A stretch of 64,000 bases of DNA from an uncultured Planctomycetota bacterium. Its GTDB lineage: Bacteria; Planctomycetota; Planctomycetia; Isosphaerales; Isosphaeraceae. The stretch is taken from contig CAVTTN010000002.1 of the NCBI GenBank assembly GCA_963737655.1, positions 3,424,001 through 3,488,000 of the forward strand, written 5' to 3'. Positions 40,405-50,652 of the stretch are shown piece after piece. Position 1 is the first letter of the stretch. Every line of letters starts with the position of its first letter. The notes beneath the pieces are model-generated. The model was not told the origin of the DNA and did no database searches. It was given only the letters and a program-made list of their open reading frames with translations. The position numbers and the translations under genes were made by a program.

Positions 40405-41076
40405 TCAGTTCGAGACCACCCCGTCGGAGATCGTCAGGACGCGGTCGCTGACGGCCCGGACCTTGGGATCGTGAGTCACGATCAGCAAGGCCCGCCCCCT
40501 GTCCTTCGCCAGCTCCCGGAAGAGTTCGAGGACCTGCGCGCCCACCTGCGTGTCGAGGTTCGCGGTCGGTTCGTCGGCGAGGATCGCGGGGGCGTCGCCG
40601 GCCAGGGCCCGGGCGATCGCGACCCGCTGTTTCTGCCCCCCGGAGAGGTCCCGAGGGAGGAAGTTGGCGCGATCGGAGAGGCCCACGGCATCCAGCAGTC
40701 CCAGCGCCTCGGACCTCGCCCGGGAGCCTCGAAAACCCTTCAAATTCAGGGCATATTCGACGTTCTCCCGGGCCGAGAGGGCGGGGAACAGGTGGAATTG
40801 CTGGAAGACGAAGCCGATCGACTCGCGGCGGACCCGGGGCAGGTCTTCCGGCCGGCCCGGATCGACATCCTTCCCGGCGATTCGGACCCGGCCGGAACTC
40901 GGCGTGAGCATGCAGCCGAGGATGGTCAACAACGTCGTCTTGCCCGATCCCGAGGGACCCTCCAGGGCCACGATCTCGCCGCGATCGACCGAGAGCGAGG
41001 CGCCCTTGAGGACGCTCACCGTCTCGGCCCCCTCGCGGAACGTCTTGGTCACGTCCTCCGCCTCGATCACGGCCAT
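40405..41076 (-). CDS. ABC transporter ATP-binding protein (LolD/DevA/MacB-like)
   Basis: GPSGSGKTT, GFVFQ, LSGGQKQRVAIARAL, ADEPTANLD, VTHD. Confidence 0.95.
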   Translation of the reverse strand: MAVIEAEDVTKTFREGAETVSVLKGASLSVDRGEIVALEGPSGSGKTTLLTILGCMLTPSSGRVRIAGKDVDPGRPEDLPRVRRESIGFVFQQFHLFPALSARENVEYALNLKGFRGSRARSEALGLLDAVGLSDRANFLPRDLSGGQKQRVAIARALAGDAPAILADEPTANLDTQVGAQVLELFRELAKDRGRALLIVTHDPKVRAVSDRVLTISDGVVSN

Positions 41077-41108
41077 GATCCGACCCCCGTTTCCCCGGTG
41101 AACACCGA

Positions 41109-42092
41109 TCACGCGACGAGGGTCCCCGCGGCGACGAGCCAGCGATGGCATTCCTCGAACATGTCTCGGAGCGGGACCGTCCGGTATCCCAGCTCGCGGA
41201 CGGCCTTCGCCGAGATGCAGACCTGCTCGGCCGAGAGCATGGCGGCGATCTCGGGAGTGATGTCCGGCTCCTTGCGGGTGATCCGCGAGGCCCAGTCCAT
41301 CACCTTCGCCGCCGCCTTGACCAGGACGGCGGGCGCCGGCCGCTTCGGGACGGGCTTGCCGATCAGCTCGCCGATGATCGTCACGGCATCGAGGTAACGG
41401 GCGTCCGTCCCCCCCAGGAGGTAATTCTCGCCGGTCTTGCCCCGAGTCACGGCCGCCACCAGCGCCTCGGCCACGGCGGCTCCCGAGCAGAACGACGACC
41501 GGCCCGGGGGGACGGCCGGCAGCTTTCCGTCCCGAATCAAGGTAAACAGACGTGCCCAGTTGTTCTTGTCGTACTTGCCCACGATGTTCGCCGGGTTGAG
41601 GATCACGGCGTCCAGCCCCCGGGCGATCCCGTCGCGGACTTCTTCCTCGGCCAACGCCTTGGTCCGGTAATAATTGATCCAAGAGCTCCGGCCGAGCTGG
41701 GGCGCCGATTCGTCGAAGGGCGGCTGGAACCCGTAGACCGCGATCGAGGAGACGTGGAGGAACCGCTTCGCCCCCTTCGCCATCGCGGCCGAGACGGCAT
41801 GACGCGTCCCCTCGACATTCGTCCGGGTCTGCCGGGCGTTCTTCGGCGTCCAGAAGCTGACGTCGGCCGCGACGTGGAAGAAGGCATCAAGGCCGTCGGG
41901 CGTTGCCGAGAGCAACGACGGCGCGTCCTCGATGGTCCCCACGACCCTCCGGGCCGGGTAGCGGGAGAGGCCCGAGACGTCGGACGAGGGCCGGTGGAGC
42001 GCCGTGACCTCCCAGCCCGCGGCGATCAGCGTTTCGACCAGGTTCAGGCCCAGGAACCCGGTGGCTCCCGTCACGAACGCCCTGCGACTCAT
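41109..42092 (-). CDS. NAD-dependent epimerase/dehydratase (extended SDR, HpnA/DFR-like)
   Basis: TGATGFLG, FHVAA, NVEGT, VSS, YYRTK. Confidence 0.9.
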   Translation of the reverse strand: MSRRAFVTGATGFLGLNLVETLIAAGWEVTALHRPSSDVSGLSRYPARRVVGTIEDAPSLLSATPDGLDAFFHVAADVSFWTPKNARQTRTNVEGTRHAVSAAMAKGAKRFLHVSSIAVYGFQPPFDESAPQLGRSSWINYYRTKALAEEEVRDGIARGLDAVILNPANIVGKYDKNNWARLFTLIRDGKLPAVPPGRSSFCSGAAVAEALVAAVTRGKTGENYLLGGTDARYLDAVTIIGELIGKPVPKRPAPAVLVKAAAKVMDWASRITRKEPDITPEIAAMLSAEQVCISAKAVRELGYRTVPLRDMFEECHRWLVAAGTLVA

Positions 42093-42124
42093 CGACGGAC
42101 CCTCCTTCCTCGCTCATGGGGAGA

Positions 42125-43252
42125 TCAGCCGCGGAACACCAGGGCCGGGTCGAGCGAGGCGACCTTGCGGAACGAGACCGCCGAGGCCCCCACGCACAAC
42201 ACCAGGGTGCCCAGGAACACGACGACCGACAGGCTCGGGGCGATCTTCAGGCGAAGGTCGATCGACGCCATCAGCGGCCTCAGGGCGTACGCCATTCCCG
42301 CCCCGAGCACGAAGCCCACGACCGCCGCGAACGCCGCTTGCTTCGCCACGATCGCGAAGATGTCCGCGTTGGTCCCGCCGATCGCCTTGACGGTGGCGAA
42401 TTCCTTGATGTGCTCCATCGTCGACGTGTAGAGGGTCTGCGCCACCACGACCACGCCGACGAGCCCGCCGAGGAAGACGGTCATGATCATGTTCAGGCCG
42501 AGCCCGGTGTTGTCGGTCCAGTAATTGCGCGACCGGGTCGCCCACTCGGTTTTCGAACGGACGTCGTTGTACGGGAGCCTCCGGCGGATCTCGTCGCGGA
42601 CGGCCCGGGGATCGGCACCGGGCGAGAGCTTCACGAGGACGTAGGTCGTCCGGTTGTGGAGCTCCTGTCGCATCAGGGACTGCGCCACGCGATAATCCAT
42701 GAAGGCGACGGGGTTCGTGGTGAACGAGCGGGCCCCTCGGGTCCGGCCGAGGATCTTGAGCCTCTGGCCCGAGATCTCGCGGTAATCGCCGTCGGCGAAG
42801 TCGCCGAACCTCTTCTTCGCGGACTCGTCCAGAAGGACGTATTTCCCCCGGCGGAGGTCGCGAGGGTCGCCGGAGATCGTCTCCCACGGCAGTCCCCAGC
42901 GGCCGAAGTCTTCGAGGGCGTACACCACCACGTTCTCGGTCACTCCGGTGGGCAGCGCCACCCGGGCGAACCAGACGATCAGGTTGTCGGCCCTCTCGAC
43001 GCCGGGGATCGAGCGGACCCGGTGGACCATCTGTTCGCTGAACGTGTTCGAGAAGTCCACATTCGGCGTGTTCCTCGCCGTGACCCAGAGGTCGGCGGCC
43101 GTCGACTCGATCGTCACCGAGGCGTTGGAGAGCAGGCCCTCGAACAGGCCCACCTGCACGAAAACCAGGGTCACCGCGAAGGCGACGCCCGAGACCGTGA
43201 TCCCGAATCGGGTCAGGTCATGGAGCAAGATCTTCCGGGCGAGATCGACCAT
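42125..43252 (-). CDS. ABC transporter permease (DevC/FtsX/MacB-like)
   Basis: One N-terminal TM, a periplasmic domain, EFATVKAIG, three C-terminal TMs, LDPALVF. Confidence 0.9.
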   Translation of the reverse strand: MVDLARKILLHDLTRFGITVSGVAFAVTLVFVQVGLFEGLLSNASVTIESTAADLWVTARNTPNVDFSNTFSEQMVHRVRSIPGVERADNLIVWFARVALPTGVTENVVVYALEDFGRWGLPWETISGDPRDLRRGKYVLLDESAKKRFGDFADGDYREISGQRLKILGRTRGARSFTTNPVAFMDYRVAQSLMRQELHNRTTYVLVKLSPGADPRAVRDEIRRRLPYNDVRSKTEWATRSRNYWTDNTGLGLNMIMTVFLGGLVGVVVVAQTLYTSTMEHIKEFATVKAIGGTNADIFAIVAKQAAFAAVVGFVLGAGMAYALRPLMASIDLRLKIAPSLSVVVFLGTLVLCVGASAVSFRKVASLDPALVFRG

Positions 43253-43273
43253 CGGTCGGGCCTCCATCCGTCG

Positions 43274-43900
43274 TCAATCCGCGACCAGCCCGCGGAGCAG
43301 GGCAGCGGACGACACCCAGGCGGCGAGTTCGATGGGCCGCCAGTCGAACCAGGGGTCGTGCTTGTGGGTCATGTGCAGGGCCACGAGGCCGTGGGCGGCC
43401 GACCAGACGACCTGGGCGATCAGGTCGGCATCGTGCAGGTCGGGCCGGAACCGGCCGGCGGCCAGCGCTTCGGCCACCGTGGCGCGGAGGAAGGCGTAGG
43501 CGTCCTGATCGGGGTTGCCCCGGTCGATCTGGCTGTTCAGGACGGCTTTCTCCGGCTTCGTCGTCAGGAACATCAGCCGGTACGAACTCGGGTGGGTCAT
43601 CGCGAACTCCACGTAGATCCGTCCCAGCTCGCGGAGCCGCTCGATCGGGTCGCGGACCTTGGCCAGCTTCGCGAACGATTGCTGCAGGGCCGAGAAGTCG
43701 GCGTCGCAGATCTCCCGGAACAGCGCGTCCTTGTCCTCGAAGTGGGTGTAGAGGGCCGCCGCCGTGTAGTCGATCTTCCGGGCGATCTGCCTCATGCTCA
43801 CCGCCTCGAACCCCCTCTCGATGAAGAGCTCCCTCGCCGCGTCCAGGATCTTGCCCCGGACGGCGTCCTTCTCCTTCTGGCGTCGTTCCTTGCTGGGCAT
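43274..43900 (-). CDS. TetR/AcrR regulator with WHG-type C-terminal domain
   Basis: ILDAARELF..GFEAVSMRQIARKIDYTAAALYTHF, WSAAHG. Confidence 0.92.
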   Translation of the reverse strand: MPSKERRQKEKDAVRGKILDAARELFIERGFEAVSMRQIARKIDYTAAALYTHFEDKDALFREICDADFSALQQSFAKLAKVRDPIERLRELGRIYVEFAMTHPSSYRLMFLTTKPEKAVLNSQIDRGNPDQDAYAFLRATVAEALAAGRFRPDLHDADLIAQVVWSAAHGLVALHMTHKHDPWFDWRPIELAAWVSSAALLRGLVAD

Positions 43901-43916
43901 AACATCGTCCGTTCGG

Positions 43917-43935
43917 TGAACAGTGTTAATTTAAC
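43917..43935. promoter_or_regulatory. Putative TetR operator
   Basis: TGAACAGTGTTAA near-palindrome in an AT-rich patch just upstream of the TetR start. Confidence 0.5.
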
Positions 43936-44053
43936 TTCCGTCGTTTAGAAATCAAGAGGGGGCCGCGCGGAATTCTCGGAGGCGGGTCGGCTGGCGGCGA
44001 TCCGGGCGGGTAAGCTGGGACGGTCGTTCCACCCTGGGCCCGAGAACCCGCCG

Positions 44054-45368
44054 ATGGCCGCCTCCCGGACCCGAAGCCTGTTCGACGACGACGACCAGCC
44101 GTCGCCGGTGGCGGCCGACGCCCCCCTGGCCGATCGGATGAGGCCGAGGACCCTGGAGGAGTTCGTCGGGCAAGCCCACCTGGTCGGCCCCGGCCGGCTC
44201 GTCCGGCGGCTGATCGAGGGCGGAGGGCCGTTGCCGTCCCTCATCTTGTGGGGAGGCCCGGGGACGGGCAAGACCACGCTGGGCCGACTCCTGGCCGAGC
44301 GGTCCGGCGCGCGGTTCGCGCCCCTGTCGGCCGTCCTGGCGGGCGTGAAGGAGCTCCGAGAGAGGATCGAGGAGGCGAGGGAGGCCCGGCGGCGAGGCGG
44401 CCGGACCGTTTTGTTCGTCGATGAGATCCATCGATTCAACAAGTCTCAGCAAGACGCGCTCCTGCCGGCCGTCGAGGACGGCACCGTCACCCTGATCGGC
44501 GCCACCACGGAAAACCCCTCGTTCGAGGTCAACGCCGCCCTGCTGTCCAGGTCGAGGGTCCTCACCCTCCAGCCGTTGACCGGCGAGGACGTCGCCGAGA
44601 TCCTCCGTCGGGCGATCGCCGACGCCGATCGAGGGGCTCGCGGCCTTCGGGCCGAAGGTTTTGGCCGAGGATCTTGCCCGTCTGGCGACGGCCTCGGGCG
44701 GGGATGCGCGGGTGGCGCTCACGGCCCTGGAAACGGCCGTCCTGGCCGCCCCGACCGCGGCCGACGGTTCCCGGACCGTCGATCGCGAGGCCCTGGCCGA
44801 GGCGATGGGCCGGGCTCGGTTCGCCTATGACAAGGGGGGCGAGGACCATTACAACCTCGCCTCGGCCCTGATCAAGTCGCTGCGAAACTCGGACGCGAAC
44901 GCCGGACTCTACTGGCTCGCCCGGTTGATCGAGGGCGGGGCCGACCCGGTGTTCATCGCCAGACGACTCTGCATCCTCGCCTCGGAGGACATCGGCCTTG
45001 CCGACCCGGCCGCGATGGTCCAGGCCGCCTCGGCGGCCCAGATCGTCCAGATGATCGGCCTGCCCGAAGGGCTCTATCCGCTCTCCCAGGCGACGGTTTA
45101 CCTGGCCAGGGCCCCCAAGTCCAACGCCCTGAAAACCGCCTACTTCGCCGCCGCCGAGGACGCCGCCGAGACGGCCAGGGAACCCGTCCCGCTCCACCTT
45201 CGCAACGCGGTGACGAATCTCATGAAGGCCGAGGGGTACGGGCAAGGATACCGATACGTCCACGACGACCCGGCCGCCCGGGGCGAGATGACTTGCCTCC
45301 CCGAGCGGCTCGCGGGCCGCGAGTATCTGCGATCGGAGGCCGACGACGCCAGTGTCGGAGGGGGATGA
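44054..45368 (+). CDS. rarA: Replication-associated recombination protein A (MgsA/RarA; frameshift near 44660)
   Basis: [59 protein letters not shown]. Confidence 0.95.
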
Positions 45369-45497
45369 GCCCGCCCTGAGGCGTCGTAACGGCGATTGCC
45401 GAGATTGTGATCTTTCCGGAAAGGAACCTCGATCGGCGATCGCGGACCCGACGGGAACCAGGGCACTTCCTCGAGGGGAACGGGCCGCGCTCTCCGA

Positions 45498-48400
45498 TCA
45501 GGCGGGGGGTTCCTTCCAGAAGCCCTCCCGAGGAGCCGGCTTCCGCCCCGACAGGAACCGACCGGCTTTCTGGAGCAACCCCTCCACCGGCAGGGGCGGC
45601 GAGTACTTCCTCAGGTCGTCGGCCAGTTCCTTGGCCGTCGCATAACGACGCGATGGGTCGCTCACCAACGCCTTCTTGCAGACCTCCTCCAGGTCCGAGG
45701 GGACGGCCGGATGGACCTGGCGGGCGGGCCTGGCCTCGCCGACCATGATCGACTTGCAGATCTCCATCGGGCTCGAGCCCGGGAATGGCCAGTCCCCGGT
45801 CAGGGTCGTGAAGAGGATCACCCCGAGGGCGAACATGTCGTTCGAAACGCTCTGGGCCGTCCCGCCCTTCCAGACCTCAGGCGCGATGTAATGGGGGGTG
45901 CCGGAGATCATGCCCTCGGGGGACAGGAACGGGGCGAACCCCGAGAGCATGACCGAGCCGTCCTCCCCGATCAGGACGTTCCTCGTCTTCAGATTGCCGT
46001 GGATCAGCCCGCGAACGTGGCAGGAATGGACGATTTCGGCCAGGCGCGCCACGATGTCGGCGGCCCGGGCCGGTTCGAGCCGTTTTCCTCCTTCGAGGAG
46101 GTCCGCCAGGCTCGGCCACGGCAGATGCCGGGAGACCAGGAAGAGGCAGCCGTCGCCGGGGATCACTTCGAGGATCGGCATGAGGCCCGGGAGGTTGTCC
46201 TTCGAAAGCAACTCGACCCGGCGAATCAGAGAGGACTCGACCGACGGGTCGGCGGGCCGGGGGTACGAGCGGATCTCGACCTCGAAGCCCCGAGAAGGGT
46301 CGAACCCCTTGTATTTCGTGCCGATCCCGCCCCGGCCCACGACCTCCAGGCGATCGAACCGAGGGAGAGGGGGCACGGACCGGTCGATGCGTCCGGAGAT
46401 CTTCGGCGCCGGTTCCTGCGAGGCCGGGCGAATGGAGTCGAAGTCGTCGATCGTGTCGCCCAAGGAGCTGGAGTTCGTCGTCGGCACCGAAGGGGGAGGA
46501 GTCGAAGGCGGAGGGGCCGACCGCGGAGAGGCGGCCGGGGCGGGGAGGAACGCATCGAGGAATCGGGCGATCCCGAAATCCAGGAGCGAACCCCCACCTC
46601 CCAGGGCCCTGGACGGGCTGGAGAGGAACGACGCGCTCGATTCCGGGGCCCGGTAGCGGGGCATGGTCCGCGTCACAAGAGACGCCTCCGCCGGAGCTTC
46701 CACCGGCTGGGTGACCCGGAGGACCCGGCCGCCTGGATTCACGGTCTGGGAACGATCGATCGCCACGAACGCCGTGAAGCGGCAAAGAACCCCGTATTTC
46801 AGGCTCGTTTCGACGATCGTCCGCTCCAGGGCCCGGCGGTCTTCTCGGCCGATGGCGAAGCGGTCTTCGAGCTCTCGAACCTTCAGGCGGGCCCAGGCCG
46901 AAGCAACCGCCGGATTGGTTCGGATCGAGCCTGGGACCTGCTCTCGCCACGGCTCGCCCCGACCATCGAGGGCCGCCACGGCGATCGAACCCGGAGGACG
47001 CCCCAGGAATCGTCCCAGGATCAGCGCAGGGACGCCGGGGACGAGGTGGAGCCGGCCTCCCGGGACGACCGAATCGGCCTCGATCTCCCCTCCGATCGCT
47101 TCGAGCCTCAGGTCGGACAGGACCGGCGGGCCGATCCGCCGGCGGATGGTGTCGAGGACCTCGTCGAGCCGGTCCTCGGACTCCACGATCTCGCACGAGC
47201 CTCCGCCCAGGCCCGCCAGGCGGTGGAGGAACCCCTCGTTCACCGCCAGGTCGATCCCCAGGGCAAAGACCCGGACGCCTTCCAGCATCGGGGCGAGCGA
47301 TCGCAGGACCTGGTCCTCGTTGCCGATCTGGCCGTCGGTCACGAGGACGAGGAGGCGGTCCCGTCCCGGATCGTTTCGGGCCAGCTCGCGGGCCGCGGCG
47401 ACCAGGGCCGGGGCCATCTCGGTTCCTCCGTCGGCGCCCAGGTCGGCGAGGAACTCGACGGCGGCGAACCTCTGGCGATCTCCGGCCGGGACGAGCGACG
47501 GCCCCGCCTTCGGGGTCTGGATCGACCCGCTGAAGGCGATCAGTCCGAAGCGGTCCGGCTCGGCCAGGGAATCGATCATCCGGGCCATCGCCCGCCGGGC
47601 CGCCACGATCTTCCAGCCGTCCATGCTGCCGGATCGGTCGAGGACGAACATCACGTCCCTCGGCTTCCGGGCCGATCGCGGGCCGATGGCCGGGGGGATC
47701 ACCGTCAGGGCGAACGTCCCTCCCGAGACCGACTCGGGATGGACCGTCAGGGCCGACGCGATGCCCTCGCCCCCGAGGCGGAACCGCAGCACGAAGTCGC
47801 GATCGAGCCGGGCGTCCGGGTTCAGACGCACTCGAAACGCGCCGTCGATCTCCTCGGTGGTCGTCCCGAGAAGGCTCGAACGGAGGTCATCGACGGCCCC
47901 TCCCGACGAGTGGACGTCGATCGTCAGGGAGAGCCGGACCGGGTCGCGAAACCCGGGAAGGAGGACCGGAGGAGAGATCCGCGACGCATCGGGCACGGCG
48001 TCGGTGTCGATCGCCTGGCCGTCGCCGACCGGGTCGCCGGGCAAGGGCGTGCCGGGGATGTATCGGGGAGCGACGACCAGGGGGAACCGGAACGTGACCT
48101 CGCCGTCCTGATACGGCAGGACGCCGGCCATGGTGAACTCGATCTGGGCCTCTTCGCCCGGCATCAGGTTCCCCGCGCGGAGGGTGAAGACGCCCGGCCT
48201 CTCCTCCTCGGCGATCGAGGCCCGTCGCCCTTCGTCCAGGGCGGCCTCGTAGTCGCGACGCGCCTTGCCCCTCTCTTCCAGGAGCCCGTCGATGACCCGT
48301 CCGTTGACGACCATCCGGAAGCCGAGGACGGCCGCTCGATCGGGCAAGGGGAAAATATAGGTGGCTTCGAGAGCTTCGTCGGTCCCGTTGACGAACGTCT

Positions 48401-48563
48401 GGCGGAGGACGACCTGCGCGAGGAGGCCGTCGATCCGCCCCTCGATGCTCATGGCCTTCAGGGGCAGGTGGCCTCGGGCGGTCGCCAGGGCGCCGAAGCC
48501 CCGGTCGAGCCGTTCGGCCTCGGATCGGTCCTCGTCGTCGAGAAGGGGCAGCGGCCTGGTCAT
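45498..48563 (-). CDS. VIT + vWA + C-terminal Ser/Thr kinase-like (pseudokinase) protein
   Basis: VIT (LEATYIFPLP, FPLVVAPRY), intact MIDAS (DRSGS, GGTE, VTDG), kinase fold (GRGGIG, HGNLKTRN, GTPHYIAPE). Confidence 0.88.
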   Translation of the reverse strand: MTRPLPLLDDEDRSEAERLDRGFGALATARGHLPLKAMSIEGRIDGLLAQVVLRQTFVNGTDEALEATYIFPLPDRAAVLGFRMVVNGRVIDGLLEERGKARRDYEAALDEGRRASIAEEERPGVFTLRAGNLMPGEEAQIEFTMAGVLPYQDGEVTFRFPLVVAPRYIPGTPLPGDPVGDGQAIDTDAVPDASRISPPVLLPGFRDPVRLSLTIDVHSSGGAVDDLRSSLLGTTTEEIDGAFRVRLNPDARLDRDFVLRFRLGGEGIASALTVHPESVSGGTFALTVIPPAIGPRSARKPRDVMFVLDRSGSMDGWKIVAARRAMARMIDSLAEPDRFGLIAFSGSIQTPKAGPSLVPAGDRQRFAAVEFLADLGADGGTEMAPALVAAARELARNDPGRDRLLVLVTDGQIGNEDQVLRSLAPMLEGVRVFALGIDLAVNEGFLHRLAGLGGGSCEIVESEDRLDEVLDTIRRRIGPPVLSDLRLEAIGGEIEADSVVPGGRLHLVPGVPALILGRFLGRPPGSIAVAALDGRGEPWREQVPGSIRTNPAVASAWARLKVRELEDRFAIGREDRRALERTIVETSLKYGVLCRFTAFVAIDRSQTVNPGGRVLRVTQPVEAPAEASLVTRTMPRYRAPESSASFLSSPSRALGGGGSLLDFGIARFLDAFLPAPAASPRSAPPPSTPPPSVPTTNSSSLGDTIDDFDSIRPASQEPAPKISGRIDRSVPPLPRFDRLEVVGRGGIGTKYKGFDPSRGFEVEIRSYPRPADPSVESSLIRRVELLSKDNLPGLMPILEVIPGDGCLFLVSRHLPWPSLADLLEGGKRLEPARAADIVARLAEIVHSCHVRGLIHGNLKTRNVLIGEDGSVMLSGFAPFLSPEGMISGTPHYIAPEVWKGGTAQSVSNDMFALGVILFTTLTGDWPFPGSSPMEICKSIMVGEARPARQVHPAVPSDLEEVCKKALVSDPSRRYATAKELADDLRKYSPPLPVEGLLQKAGRFLSGRKPAPREGFWKEPPA

Positions 48564-49123
48564 CGCTCGACTCCCGGGCGGTGGGGGATCAGTCCTCGGA
48601 GCTTCAAGAATTCCAGCAACGGGGCCGCCGCAAGCCGGATGACTCGCAAGTCCTCCGAGTCGAGCGGGCGCTGAGACGGGAAGGACACTGTCACGTCGGA
48701 CCCGAGATCGATCGTCCGTGACGAGGCCGAGGCGGGCGGCTCCGCCTCCGCAGGGCTCGGCGTCGGTGACGGGGGATCTTTCCAGAAGCTTCGGTCCCGA
48801 CCGGCCCGGGCCATCGTCTCCAGGGCCGAGCTGGAAAGGCCGATCAACTGCTCCTGGATCTCCGAGAGGCGTCTCCCCTCGGCCTGAAGCCGTTTGATCG
48901 AAACCAGTTGCAGCAAATGCCTCCGGCCATAGAGGGCCGTTCGGCCCCTCATCTCCGAGGGACGATCGAGCAGGCCGAGCGTCGTGTAATAGCGGATCGT
49001 CCGCAGGTCGGGGACATCGCGGACCCGTCCGCTGGGGACCCCCTCGTAGCCTTCCGAGAGCACCTCGGCGACCCGATCGCGGAGCTCGTCGATCGTCCAG
49101 AGGGCGGGTTCGTCGATCTTCAT
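48560..49123 (-). CDS. MerR-like helix-turn-helix regulator
   Basis: WTIDEL..RVRDVPDLRTIRYYTTLGLLDRP..ALYGRRHLLQLVSIKRLQAEG. Overlaps the VIT gene start (ATGA). Confidence 0.88.
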   Translation of the reverse strand: MKIDEPALWTIDELRDRVAEVLSEGYEGVPSGRVRDVPDLRTIRYYTTLGLLDRPSEMRGRTALYGRRHLLQLVSIKRLQAEGRRLSEIQEQLIGLSSSALETMARAGRDRSFWKDPPSPTPSPAEAEPPASASSRTIDLGSDVTVSFPSQRPLDSEDLRVIRLAAAPLLEFLKLRGLIPHRPGVER

Positions 49124-49158
49124 GACAGTGTTATACGGGCGTCATGCAACACTGTCAA
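49123..49158 (-). promoter_or_regulatory. sigma70 promoter giving a leaderless mRNA, overlapped by a 10-bp inverted-repeat operator
   Basis: Minus strand TTGACA-17 nt-TATAAC-6 nt-ATG; TGACAGTGTT-N15-AACACTGTCA. Confidence 0.8.
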
Positions 49159-49296
49159 GGAGGACGTCGGCGGGATTTTCGGCCTCACGACGCGAAACCG
49201 CGAACCGTCCCCGGGAGGCCAGAAGGCGCTCCGGGGACGGTTCGCGGTTTCCTGGGATCGATTCGGAAGCAGGACCCGGCTTGGGGCCGCCGTCTC

Positions 49297-50652
49297 TCAG
49301 GCGAGCTCGGCGAGGGCGGCGTCGACGATCGCCTCGTGGGCCGCCGCCTTGAGGTTCCTGGTCGTCACCTGGAGCTTGACCGTCTTGGCGTGCACGACCT
49401 TCTTGACGACCTTCTTCTTGTGGTGCTTCTTCGTCGCGGTCGCGGCGGTCGAGGCCGGCGCGGTGACCGTGGAAGAGGTGGGCGTCGAGGTGGTCGTGAC
49501 GGCCACCAGGTCGTTCACCAGGGCGGTGCCGTTGGGCGTGCCCAGGCCGTTCGAGGTGCTCGCCGAGGTCGTCGCGGCCGTGGTGGCGAACGGGAAGAAG
49601 ATGGGGAAGGAGCCTCCCCAGACATAGCCGCCATAGCCGCCGGAGCTGGTGGCCTGAGACACGGAGTTGTAGTCGGTCGAGGCGACCGCATACAGGGCCG
49701 GCAGGGTCTGCGAGGGGCCGTCGAGGCTGGACTGGCCGGCGAAGTAACGGCCCTCGTCGGCGATGGCGACGATCGCCGCCCAGGCCGGCGAGCCGAGGCT
49801 GGTCCCGCCCACGGTCCTCCAGCCGCTCTGGCCGTTGGTGCTGGACGTCGAATAGACCGAGACGCCGGTCCGGGGGTCGGCCACGAACGAGACGTCCGGC
49901 GTGCTCCTCTGCCCGGTGGACTGGACTTTGCTTTGATAGCTCGGCTCGGCCTCGAACTGGCTGTAGCCGCCCCCGCTGCTGGACCAGGCCGTCTCCGAGG
50001 CGATCGCCCCGGTGCTGTCCAGGTTCAGCGTCGTCCCGCCGACGGAAAGCACATTGGGCGAGGCCGCCGGCCACTCGGCGCCGGCCTGGATGCCGCTGTC
50101 GCCGCTGGCGGCGACGAAGGTGATCGGCGTATGACCGGCCGGCGTGGTGAAGTAGGAATCATAGGCCGTCTCGCCCGAGAATTCGGGGAATCCCCAGCTC
50201 ATCGAGACGGTCGAGACGCCCGGCGTGTTCCGGGCCGTGTTGAGGGCCGACATGAGGTCCGGCAGGCTCTCCGACGCCGCCTCGACCACCAGGATCTTGG
50301 CCCCGGGAGCGATCGCGTGGGCCCACTCGACGTCCAGCTCCTCCTCGCCGGACCAGCCCACGTCGGTATTGTTGCCCGCCTGGTTCACCACGGTCAAAGA
50401 CGGTGTCGGCAGTCCGTAGGCCGAATCGAAGACTTGCAAGTTCGCGGCGAGGTTCGGGTCGTGGTAGGCCTCGATCAGGGCGATCGTCTGGCCCGCCCCA
50501 TCCCCTTTCACGGCCCCGCTCGACGAGTTGAAAACGATGGCGTCCAGGCCGTAGGCGTGGGTGATCTGGGCCGGGGACAGCCCGGAGAGCAAGCATCGAT
50601 CATCCAGACGATCGACGTCCGGACGCAGAACGCGGCGTCGGGTGGGGGACAT
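49297..50652 (-). CDS. S53 (sedolisin) family peptidase with LEPRxLL-like N-terminus
   Basis: EEELDVEWAHAIAPGA, ASGDSG, PDVS, GGTS; N-terminus RRRVLRPDVDRLDDRCLLS. Confidence 0.88.
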   Translation of the reverse strand: MSPTRRRVLRPDVDRLDDRCLLSGLSPAQITHAYGLDAIVFNSSSGAVKGDGAGQTIALIEAYHDPNLAANLQVFDSAYGLPTPSLTVVNQAGNNTDVGWSGEEELDVEWAHAIAPGAKILVVEAASESLPDLMSALNTARNTPGVSTVSMSWGFPEFSGETAYDSYFTTPAGHTPITFVAASGDSGIQAGAEWPAASPNVLSVGGTTLNLDSTGAIASETAWSSSGGGYSQFEAEPSYQSKVQSTGQRSTPDVSFVADPRTGVSVYSTSSTNGQSGWRTVGGTSLGSPAWAAIVAIADEGRYFAGQSSLDGPSQTLPALYAVASTDYNSVSQATSSGGYGGYVWGGSFPIFFPFATTAATTSASTSNGLGTPNGTALVNDLVAVTTTSTPTSSTVTAPASTAATATKKHHKKKVVKKVVHAKTVKLQVTTRNLKAAAHEAIVDAALAELA

